Source of the DNA: Actinomycetota bacterium
GTDB taxonomy: Bacteria > Actinomycetota > UBA4738 > HRBIN12
Assembly (NCBI GenBank): GCA_041287635.1
Contig: JBGGNG010000149.1
Coordinates: 3,424-67,423 of the forward strand
Direction of reading: 5' to 3'
DNA: 64,000 nucleotides
Below the pieces are notes generated by a model. It was not told the DNA's origin. It was given only the letters and a program-made list of their open reading frames with translations, and did not search any database. Below, one piece after another: positions 46,448 through 56,585 of the stretch. Each line of letters begins with the position of its first letter. The first letter of the stretch is position 1. The translations under genes were made by a program, and so were the position numbers.

Positions 46448-46685
46448 GGCTCGCGCACCCCGTCCGGCGCGCTCTCGCGGGGCCGGACGGCACGAAGGAG
46501 TGATGCGAACGACCCACCGGATCCGCCGGAGGCGGGATCCAGGTCGGTAATCAGTAGCGAGCTTCCGGACGGCTTCCCGGCTTCGGCCGGAGTGCCCGGC
46601 GGCCCACCACTGAGGATCGGCCGACCCGCCTCCTTCTCGAACCGCGCACGCACGATGCGTGCGCCACACCAAGGAGGAAGGCCAC
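46448..46685 (+). promoter_or_regulatory. Structured rpsO-pnp intergenic leader
   Basis: Hairpins CCGTCCGGC...GCCGGACGG (46461-46491), GGATCCGCC/GGCGGGATCC, and CGCACGatgCGTGCG just before the AAGGAGGAAGG RBS of pnp. Confidence 0.35.
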
Positions 46686-49058
46686 ATGGCCACCATCACC
46701 AAGTCCCACGCGTTCGGCGATCGGGACATCGCGCTCGAGACCGGCCGCATGGCCAAGCTCGCCGACGGCGCCGTCGTCGTCACCTACGGCGAGACCCAGG
46801 TGCTCGCCACCTGCGTCAGCAGCAACCCCCGCGAGGGAATCGACTTCTTCCCGCTCACGATCGATGTGGAAGAGCGCATGTACGCCGCGGGCAAGATCCC
46901 AGGCAGCTTCTTCCGCCGTGAGGGACGGCCCTCGGAGACGGCGATCCTGACCTGCCGGCTGATCGACCGCCCGCTGCGGCCCACGTTCAAGGACGGGTTC
47001 CGCGACGAGGTGCAGGTCGTCATCACCGTGCTCGGCGTCGACGGGGAGAACCCCTACGACATCCCCGCGATGAACGCCGCCTCGGTCGCCACGTGCCTTG
47101 CCGGCCTGCCGTTCGACGGCCCTGTCGCCTCGGTGCGGATGGGCCTGATCGACGGGCAGTGGGTCATCAACCCGACGTTCCAGCAGGTCGAGGAGGCGAC
47201 GTTCGACGTGGTCGTGGCCGGCCGCAAGAATGACGCCGGTGAGATCGACGTGCTGATGATCGAGGGCGAGGCGCCCGACAACACCTGGGACCTGCTCGCC
47301 GGCGGCGCGCCCGCGCCGACCGAGGAGACCGTGGCCGAGGGGCTCGAGGCCGCGAAGCGCGCGATCGACGAGCAGATCGGCTTCCAGCGTGCCTTCATCG
47401 ACGAGGCCGGCGTCAGCGAGCAGGACTGGACCCCGCGTCCGCTCTACGGCGACGACGTCTACGAGATCGTCTCGTCGTTCTCGGCCGGCCGCCTCGCCGA
47501 GGCGATCGTGCCCGACAAGGCCGAGCGCGAGGCGAAGCTCGACGCGCTGAAGGCCGAGACGAAGGAGCACGTCGCCGCGCAGCTCGGAGCCGAGGGCACG
47601 GATCGTCTTGGCGAGTTCGGCGCCGCGTGGAAGCAGGTGCAGAAGAAGGTCATGCGGGCCCGCGTGATCAAGGAGGGCATCCGACTCGACGGTCGCACGC
47701 CCACCGAGATCCGACCGTTGTCGGCCGAGGTCGGCGTGCTGAAGCGCGCGCACGGCTCGGCGCTGTTCAGCCGCGGCGACACCCAGGTGTTGAACATCAC
47801 CACGCTCGGCATGCTGCGTATGACCCAGATGATCGACACGCTCGACCTCGAGGACACCAAGCGGTACATGCACCACTACAACTTCCCGCCGTTCTCGACC
47901 GGCGAGACGGGCCGCGTGGGTTCGCCCCGCCGGCGCGAGATCGGACACGGCGCGCTCGCCGAGCGTGCCCTGATCCCGGTGGTGCCGCACGAGGACGAGT
48001 TCCCCTACGCGCTGCGCCTCGTGAGTGACGTGCTGAGCTCGAACGGCTCCACGTCGATGGCGAGCGTCTGCGGCTCGACCCTGTCGCTGATGGACGCCGG
48101 CGTGCCGATCAAGGCTCCCGTCGCGGGCATCGCGATGGGCATGATCGCCGACGACGGCGCGTTCGTGACGCTCACCGACATCCTCGGCGCCGAAGACGCG
48201 CTCGGCGACATGGACTTCAAGGTCGCCGGCACGCGTGAGTTCGTCACCGCGATCCAGCTCGACATGAAGGTCACCGGCCTGCCCGGCTCGGTGCTGGCCG
48301 ATGCGCTGAAGCAGGCTCGCGAGGCTCGCTTCCAGATCCTCGACGTGATGGAGGCCGCGATCCCGGCGCCACGCGAGGAGGTCAACGCCAAGGCGCCGCG
48401 CATCATCTCGATCCAGATCCCGGTCGACAAGATCGGCGAGGTGATCGGCCCCAAGGGCAAGCGCATCAACGAGATCATCGCGCTGACCGGCGCCGACATC
48501 GACATCCAGGACGACGGCACGGTGCTGATCGGCTCCACGCTCGGCGCAGAGGGCGCCGACGAGGCGGCCCACATGATCGACGAGATCGCGAACCCGCGTC
48601 CGGTGCTCGTGGGGGAGCAGTACGAAGGCACGGTGGTGAAGACCACGACGTTCGGCGCCTTCGTGAACCTCGTGCCTGGTCGAGACGGCCTGGTGCACAT
48701 CTCGAAGCTGGGCAAGGGCAAGCGCCTCAGCAGCGTCGAGGAAGCCGTGAAGGAAGGCGACACGCTGACCGTGCTCGTCGAGGACATCGACACTCAGGGC
48801 AAGATCAGCCTGAAGCCGGTCGGCGAGGAATGGGCGATCCCCGAGGGCCAGGCCGACGAGTCCGGCGGCGGCCGTGATCGCAACCGCGGCGGCGGCAGGG
48901 ATCGGGGAGACCGTGGCGGTCGTGACCGCGACCGTGGAGGCGACCGGGGTGACCGCGGCGACCGTCGAGGCCGGCGTTTCCGGGACGATCAGGGCGGTGG
49001 TCAAGGCGACGCTCCCGCGGCGGCCGAGGCTCCCGCGGACGCGCCCGCCGGCGAGTAG
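46686..49058 (+). CDS. pnp: Polyribonucleotide nucleotidyltransferase (PNPase) with Arg/Gly/Asp-rich C-terminal tail
   Basis: AAGGAGGAAGG RBS and ATG 46686. Two RNase PH domains, KH and S1 domains. Tail is [39 protein letters not shown]. Confidence 0.95.
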   Translation: MATITKSHAFGDRDIALETGRMAKLADGAVVVTYGETQVLATCVSSNPREGIDFFPLTIDVEERMYAAGKIPGSFFRREGRPSETAILTCRLIDRPLRPTFKDGFRDEVQVVITVLGVDGENPYDIPAMNAASVATCLAGLPFDGPVASVRMGLIDGQWVINPTFQQVEEATFDVVVAGRKNDAGEIDVLMIEGEAPDNTWDLLAGGAPAPTEETVAEGLEAAKRAIDEQIGFQRAFIDEAGVSEQDWTPRPLYGDDVYEIVSSFSAGRLAEAIVPDKAEREAKLDALKAETKEHVAAQLGAEGTDRLGEFGAAWKQVQKKVMRARVIKEGIRLDGRTPTEIRPLSAEVGVLKRAHGSALFSRGDTQVLNITTLGMLRMTQMIDTLDLEDTKRYMHHYNFPPFSTGETGRVGSPRRREIGHGALAERALIPVVPHEDEFPYALRLVSDVLSSNGSTSMASVCGSTLSLMDAGVPIKAPVAGIAMGMIADDGAFVTLTDILGAEDALGDMDFKVAGTREFVTAIQLDMKVTGLPGSVLADALKQAREARFQILDVMEAAIPAPREEVNAKAPRIISIQIPVDKIGEVIGPKGKRINEIIALTGADIDIQDDGTVLIGSTLGAEGADEAAHMIDEIANPRPVLVGEQYEGTVVKTTTFGAFVNLVPGRDGLVHISKLGKGKRLSSVEEAVKEGDTLTVLVEDIDTQGKISLKPVGEEWAIPEGQADESGGGRDRNRGGGRDRGDRGGRDRDRGGDRGDRGDRRGRRFRDDQGGGQGDAPAAAEAPADAPAGE

Positions 49059-49077
49059 GCGCCCCGGTCACACTCCG

Positions 49078-51131
<2,054 letters not shown>

Positions 51132-51240
51132 GCAAGCGGCTGGCGGTCGTCGTCGCCGGCCCGACTCGCTCTCGCACTGCCGTTCGAGGACCTCGTCGGA
51201 CCATCGACCGCGTGCTTACCGATCTCGTCGACGGACTCAA

Positions 51241-51875
51241 CTAGCCCCCTACGCCCTGCACCACGAACGCGACGCCGATCCCGAGCAGCAGTACCGACAG
51301 CCCGATCCGCACCCATGCGAGCGCCCACTCGCCGAGCAGCGCCCGGCTGCCGGTGCCCATGAGCGCCGACCCGAAGTCGGTGAGCGACACGCCGAGCGTC
51401 ATCGCGACCGCGGTGAGCAGCGCGACGTCACGACCTCCATCGGCGCTGGCCTCGGCCATCACGGCCGCCGCTGTGGTGGCGAAGAAGATCCAGGCGCCTG
51501 GGTTCACGATCACGAGGAGCACGCCCCGCGCGGTGGGACCGAGGCGAGCGCCGGTCCTGCCGACGACCGGCACGCCGACCGCCTCCCGCCGGAGCGTGCG
51601 CAGCTCGTTCAGCGCGAGATACACGAGGAAGAGTCCCCCGACGATGCGGAGACCCCGCACAAGCTCGGGCGAGGCTCCATCGTCGAGAACCCGAGCGCCA
51701 GCGTCGCCAGCACGACGAACAGCATGCCGTTGGCGCCGAGCATCACCCGGAACCCCTGACCGATGCCGTGGCGAGCGGTCTCGTTGAGGATCAGCAGCTG
51801 GACCGGTCCGGGCGCTGCACCGAGGGCAGCGCCGAGCGCGAAGGCCGGCACGAGGTGCTCGCCCCACGCGCTCAC
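51241..51875 (-). pseudogene. LysE/RhtB-family exporter, apparently frameshifted near 51693
   Basis: The N-terminal half (LGAALGAAPGPVQLLIL...MLFVVLATLALG) is in one frame (track ORF 51609..51875). The C-terminal half (...LRIVGGLFLVYLALNELR...NPGAWIFF...) is in another (51241..51912). The join is at about 51690-51696. Confidence 0.55.
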
Positions 51876-52348
51876 GGACCGATCTCGCCGTCCTGGGCGA
51901 GACGAAGCTCATCGACCGTGATCGTGCCGTCGGCGTCGCGGCGCACCAAGATCCCCTCGCATTCGCGGAACGGCGCGACCTCGTCGCCGGTCAGGCCGAA
52001 CGCGGCGCGCTCCACCAGCGGGGTGTGACTGATCGCGAGGCCGGTCCCGCCCTCGGGGAGCTGGTCGAGCAGGGCCACCACTCCCGCGGCCATCCCCTCC
52101 GGGCTGCCGCCGCTCGCATCGTGCCCTCCCAGCCCCGGCACCACGGCATGGTCGGGAAGCTGCTGCATGGCGCCTCGTAGGAACCACGCCGCGGTCTCGG
52201 CCGCCCGCGCGGCCGGGGAGACGAACACCCGGTCGTAGCTGCGAGGCGTGGTGCGGCCGATCTCCTCGGCCGCGACTCGTCCCTCGGCCGAGAGGGCATC
52301 CGCGTGCGGGTCGCGGCGTGAGTGTCGACGAAGTTCGAGCTGTTCCAT
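51872..52348 (-). CDS. Histidine phosphatase (SixA/PGAM-like) family protein
   Basis: LELRRHSRRD (RH. motif), FVSPAARAAETA, AISHTPL. The stop overlaps the GTG of the LysE-like gene. Confidence 0.65.
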   Translation of the reverse strand: MEQLELRRHSRRDPHADALSAEGRVAAEEIGRTTPRSYDRVFVSPAARAAETAAWFLRGAMQQLPDHAVVPGLGGHDASGGSPEGMAAGVVALLDQLPEGGTGLAISHTPLVERAAFGLTGDEVAPFRECEGILVRRDADGTITVDELRLAQDGEIGP

Positions 52349-52389
52349 GTGGATCGAGCCTCCTGGAGGTTCGCGTATCATGCCGCGCC

Positions 52390-52863
52390 GTGACCCCCCT
52401 GCGCCGCATCTCCGTGCCGCTCCTCGCGCTCTCGCTCGCGCTCATCGGGTCGGCCTGCACCGAGGGCGACGGGGGAGCGAGCGCCGTGCCGACCGCCCCC
52501 TCGCTCAGCGGGGGGGTGGTGAGCGAGGACACGGGCGAGACGGAGTTCCTTCCCGGGCGGTTCATCTACCAGTTCAACAGCATCACGGCTCAGGCAGCGT
52601 TCGAGGGCAACGTCGCGACGATGAACATCCGTAACGGGACGGGATCGGACCTCGGTGCACCGTCCCTGTACGTGGTCGGAACGGACGACCGACGCTATGA
52701 CGGGATGGTCGAGGGTGCAGCTCCTGTCGCCGATGGCGACCAGGTGACCCTCGAGTTCACGTTCCCGGAGCCGGTGACGCCGCAGACGATCGGGCTCGTG
52801 ATCCTGTCGTTCGGCGACGACAACGTCGGGGCCATGGCTCCGGTGCCGAGACCGAACGCCTGA
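52390..52863 (+). CDS. Small lipoprotein of unknown function
   Basis: Lipobox LSLALIGSAC. Good GC3 bias. No recognisable domain. The GTG 52390 start is inferred. Confidence 0.5.
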   Translation: MTPLRRISVPLLALSLALIGSACTEGDGGASAVPTAPSLSGGVVSEDTGETEFLPGRFIYQFNSITAQAAFEGNVATMNIRNGTGSDLGAPSLYVVGTDDRRYDGMVEGAAPVADGDQVTLEFTFPEPVTPQTIGLVILSFGDDNVGAMAPVPRPNA

Positions 52864-52924
52864 ACCCGGCGGACCGTCGCGGGATAGACTCGGGCCCGAC
52901 CCCGCCCGGAAGGACGTCCCCCCG

Positions 52925-53347
52925 ATGCCCCGACCGATCCGCGTGGCGCTCGTCGTGGCGCTCGTGTTGAGCGTGCTCGGGTTCCTCGCCGAACCGGGCG
53001 TCGCCGGCAGCCGCGTCGACCCCGTCATCAGGAACCGCATGACCGGATGGGTGTCGAGGACGGGTGGGTTCCACATCTACCGACCGGGGGCCACCGCGCG
53101 CCTGCAGGTCGGCGTGTGGCCATCCTTCGCAGGAGAGACCGTGCGGGCTCGCCTCGAGTGGCGAGGTCAGGGGCGTTCGTGGCGTCTGCTCGACCGCTCG
53201 GGCGCCTCCCTGAACCGCGACAGCCGGGCGATGTTCGAGGTCCGCAGGGTCCCCGAGGGATTCAGCTTCAGGATCAGGGTCCGGATCGAGGCGACGCAGG
53301 AACACAGGGCTGAACGGTCGGGCTGGTCATATTTCCGAGCGCGCTGA
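52925..53347 (+). CDS. Small secreted protein of unknown function
   Basis: Signal peptide MPRPIRVALVVALVLSVLGFLAEPGVAG. 140 aa, Arg-rich. Confidence 0.45.
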   Translation: MPRPIRVALVVALVLSVLGFLAEPGVAGSRVDPVIRNRMTGWVSRTGGFHIYRPGATARLQVGVWPSFAGETVRARLEWRGQGRSWRLLDRSGASLNRDSRAMFEVRRVPEGFSFRIRVRIEATQEHRAERSGWSYFRAR

Positions 53348-53358
53348 CGACGCCGACT

Positions 53359-53907
53359 TCAGTCGTGACTGGGTGGCTCGCCCTCGCCGGCGGCCCGTCG
53401 AGCCAGCACGAACAGCAGGTCGCTCAGTCGGTTGAGGTAGCGGCGAACCTCGGGGTTGGTCGTGCGCCCGTATCGCGCGAGGGAGATCGTCGCGCGCTCG
53501 GCGCGACGGATCGTGCTCCTCGCGACGTCGAGAGCCGCGCTCACGGGGTCGGCTCCCGGCACGATGAAGACCTCGGGCAGCGGTCGATCGGCCACCAGTT
53601 CGTCGATGCGCGCCTCGAGACGCTCCGTCATCTCCTGCGTCACGAGGGAGACCCCCGCCGTCAGCTTGGCCCGTTGGTCCGGGTTCGTCGCGAGGTCGGC
53701 TCCGACGATGAACAGCTCCCGCTGCAGCTCGAGGATCTCGTCGGCCATCGACGGGTCGCCCGTGAGCGACCGTGCCAGACCCAGGACCGCGACCGCCTCG
53801 TCGGTGGTGCCGTAGGCCTCGGTGACCGGGTCGTCCTTCGGTACGCGGCCCCCGTAGAGCAGCCCCGTCGTGCCGTCGTCCACGGTCTTCGTGTAGATGC
53901 GCGGCAT
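53359..53907 (-). CDS. PduO-type ATP:cob(I)alamin adenosyltransferase
   Basis: MPRIYTKTVDDGTTGLLYG... N-terminus and LNRLSDLLFVLAR are typical of the MMAB/PduO family. Confidence 0.85.
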   Translation of the reverse strand: MPRIYTKTVDDGTTGLLYGGRVPKDDPVTEAYGTTDEAVAVLGLARSLTGDPSMADEILELQRELFIVGADLATNPDQRAKLTAGVSLVTQEMTERLEARIDELVADRPLPEVFIVPGADPVSAALDVARSTIRRAERATISLARYGRTTNPEVRRYLNRLSDLLFVLARRAAGEGEPPSHD

Positions 53908-53973
53908 GGCCCGCTAGCATAGGGCGCATCGCTGCCGCCCCCCAGGCGGCGCCCGGCACGAGGAGAGGCTCCG

Positions 53974-54870
53974 ATGACCGGAGAAGCGGGTAGGTTCGGC
54001 TCGGTCGTGACCGCCATGGTCACGCCGTTCCGCGACGACGACCACGCGGTCGACCTCGACGGCGCGCAGCAGCTCGCATCGTGGCTCGTCGACAACGGCT
54101 CCGACGCGATCGTCGCCGCCGGCTCCACGGGCGAGTCGCCGACCCTCAGCGCCAAAGAGAAGGCGGAGTTGTTCCGCGCCGTGGGCGAGGCGATCCGCGG
54201 GCGCGCCAAGCTGATCTGCGGGACCGGCACGTACTCGACGGCCGAGACGCTCGAGCTCACGGAGGCAGCCGAGGACGCCGGCGCCGACGGGCTGCTCGTC
54301 GTCACGCCCTACTACAACAAGCCCCCGCAGCGCGGTCTGATCGCGCACTTCGAGCGCGTGGCCGACGCGACCGAGCTGCCGATCATCGCTTACAACATCC
54401 CGGGCCGCACGGCGATCCGGATCGAGCACGACACGCTCCTCACACTCGCCGAGCGCCCCAACATCGTGGCGGTCAAGGACTCGACCGGCGACTTCCAGGC
54501 GGTCTCACGACTGATCGCCGAGGCGCCGAGTGGCTTCGAGGTCTACTCGGGGGACGACTGGGCTGCCTTCGGGTACGCCTGTCTCGGCTCCGTCGGGGTG
54601 GTGAGCGTCGCGAGCCACCTCGTCGGCCCGCAGATCCATCAGATGCTCGAGCTGGTGGGCACGGGCGACGTGCCCGCAGCCCGCAAGATCCATGAGCAGC
54701 TCTCGCCGCTGTTCAACGCGCTGTTCATCACGTCGAACCCGATCCCGGTCAAGGCCGCCCTGAACATGCTCGGCCGCCCGGCCGGGGTGCCGCGGCTGCC
54801 GCTCGTCCCGGCAACGAGCGAGGAGCAGGCCAGGATCCGCGCAGCACTGGAGGACGCCGGTCTCCTCTAG
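53974..54870 (+). CDS. dapA: 4-hydroxy-tetrahydrodipicolinate synthase
   Basis: 298 aa. VTAMVTPF, GSTGESPTLS, YNIPGRT, VAVKDS. Confidence 0.95.
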   Translation: MTGEAGRFGSVVTAMVTPFRDDDHAVDLDGAQQLASWLVDNGSDAIVAAGSTGESPTLSAKEKAELFRAVGEAIRGRAKLICGTGTYSTAETLELTEAAEDAGADGLLVVTPYYNKPPQRGLIAHFERVADATELPIIAYNIPGRTAIRIEHDTLLTLAERPNIVAVKDSTGDFQAVSRLIAEAPSGFEVYSGDDWAAFGYACLGSVGVVSVASHLVGPQIHQMLELVGTGDVPAARKIHEQLSPLFNALFITSNPIPVKAALNMLGRPAGVPRLPLVPATSEEQARIRAALEDAGLL

Positions 54871-54925
54871 CGAGAGCGACTGTCGCGTCGTCTTCCTCGG
54901 AGGGGTCGGGGAGGTCGGTCGCAAC

Positions 54926-56530
54926 ATGGCATGCGTCGAGCTCGACGGGCGCATCCTGATCATCGACGTCGGGCTCTCGTTCCCGTCGGGCGACATGCCG
55001 GGCATCGACCTGGTGCTCCCCGACTTCGACTACGTGCGGAAGCACGCCGGCCGTATCGAGGCGATCGTGCTCACGCACGGGCACGAGGACCACATCGGTG
55101 CGTTGCCGTACCTGCTGCGCGAGATCGCCGACGTGCCCGTCTACGGCACACCCTTCACGCTCGAGCTGCTGAAGGGCAAGCTCGAGGAACACCAGGTGAG
55201 CGACCGGTGCGAGCTGCGGACCGCGGCCCCCGGCGAGGGCGCGAGCATCGGGCCGTTCGTGATGCGGTTCCTGCGCGTCACGCACTCGATCCCCGACGGG
55301 ATGGCGGTCGTCATCGACACGCCGCACGGCGCGATCCTGCATACCGGCGACTTCAAGATCGACCAGACTCCCCTCGACGGACGCCCCACCGACCTGCACG
55401 GACTCGCGGAGGAAGCGAGCGGCCGAGGCGTGCACCTGCTGCTCAGCGACTCCACGAACGCCGAGGAAGCCGGTTACACCGACAGCGAGCGCGCGGTCGG
55501 TCCCGTACTGCAACGCATCGTCGAGAACGCACCGAAGATCGTGGTGGCGGCGTGCTTCTCGAGCCACATCCACCGGGTGCAGCAGATCGTGAACGCCGCT
55601 CGGGCGAACGAGCGTGTCGTCGCGTTCCTCGGACGGTCGATGCTGAACTCGGTGGCCGCCGCACGCCGCCTCGGCTACCTGCAGATCGACGACCGCGACG
55701 TGATCGACATCGCGGAGGTCGCCGCCCTCGATCCCGGACGCGTCGTCGTGATCTGCACCGGCAGCCAGGGCGAGCCGTTCTCGGCGCTCTCGCTCATGGC
55801 TCAGCGCCAGCACAAGTGGGTGAAGCTCGACGAGGGCGACACGGTCGTGCTGTCGTCGTCGCTGATCCCCGGCAACGAGCCGGCGATCCACCGCGTGGTC
55901 GACGCCGTCTACCGAACGGGCGCCGACGTCTACCACATGCCCGCGGACCCGGTGCACTCCAGCGGTCACGCCGCTGCCGAGGAGCTGCGTCTGATGCTTT
56001 CCCTCGTGCGCCCTCGCTGGTTCATCCCGATCCACGGGGAACGCCGCCACCTGCAGCATCACGCGCGCCTCGCGGAGGAGGTCGGCATCCCGCGCGACCA
56101 CATCGTGATCTGCGAGGACGGCGATCTCGTCGAGGTGGGGGAGCGGGTCGAGATCGTCGAGCGCGTCCAGGCCGGCATGACGTTCGTCGACGGCCTCGGC
56201 ATCGGCGACGTCGGGGGCGAGGTGCTGCGCGACCGTCGCAAGTTGGCGGGCGACGGTGTGGTCGTCGTCGTGGTCACGATCGATTCGCAGACGGGCGAGC
56301 TCATCGGGGGCCCCGACATCGTGAACCGTGGCTTCGTCTACGAGGAAGCGTCGCAGGACATCCTCGATGAGGCGCGCGAGCGCGTGGTCGCCGCGATCGG
56401 CGAGACCGCCGACGCGCAGGTCACTGACCCCTCGGCGCTCCAGCAGGACATCCGCCGCACCCTGGGCCGCTACTTCAACGAGGTGACGCAGCGCAAGCCG
56501 GTGATCCTGCCGGTCGTGATGGAGGTGTGA
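54926..56530 (+). CDS. rnj: Ribonuclease J (5' boundary unresolved; conserved residues continue upstream to at least 54884)
   Basis: HGHEDHIGALPYLL metallo-beta-lactamase motif and beta-CASP core. In-frame upstream codons encode RVVFLGGVGEVGRN, the conserved RNase J N-terminus, but there is no ATG/GTG/TTG/CTG between the frame-opening stop (54761-54763) and ATG 54926. Confidence 0.85.
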   Translation: MACVELDGRILIIDVGLSFPSGDMPGIDLVLPDFDYVRKHAGRIEAIVLTHGHEDHIGALPYLLREIADVPVYGTPFTLELLKGKLEEHQVSDRCELRTAAPGEGASIGPFVMRFLRVTHSIPDGMAVVIDTPHGAILHTGDFKIDQTPLDGRPTDLHGLAEEASGRGVHLLLSDSTNAEEAGYTDSERAVGPVLQRIVENAPKIVVAACFSSHIHRVQQIVNAARANERVVAFLGRSMLNSVAAARRLGYLQIDDRDVIDIAEVAALDPGRVVVICTGSQGEPFSALSLMAQRQHKWVKLDEGDTVVLSSSLIPGNEPAIHRVVDAVYRTGADVYHMPADPVHSSGHAAAEELRLMLSLVRPRWFIPIHGERRHLQHHARLAEEVGIPRDHIVICEDGDLVEVGERVEIVERVQAGMTFVDGLGIGDVGGEVLRDRRKLAGDGVVVVVVTIDSQTGELIGGPDIVNRGFVYEEASQDILDEARERVVAAIGETADAQVTDPSALQQDIRRTLGRYFNEVTQRKPVILPVVMEV

Positions 56531-56585
56531 GCGGGCCTTGGTTGTTGCTTGAAGATGTCCGGGAACCCGTCAAACTAAGGCCCTT

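Noticed and set aside
46551-49004. 817-aa minus-strand ORF
   Set aside because: It lies antisense to pnp. It is a shadow ORF with no stop codons only because of the GC3 bias of the real gene.
54865-54871. Programmed +1 frameshift fusing DapA to RNase J
   Set aside because: The geometry works (CTC-TAG-C, GGAGGA upstream). However, CUC cannot re-pair well in the +1 frame, and a DapA-RNase J fusion has no precedent I know. An assembly indel or unusual initiation is more likely. It is reported only as an alternative in the rnj finding.
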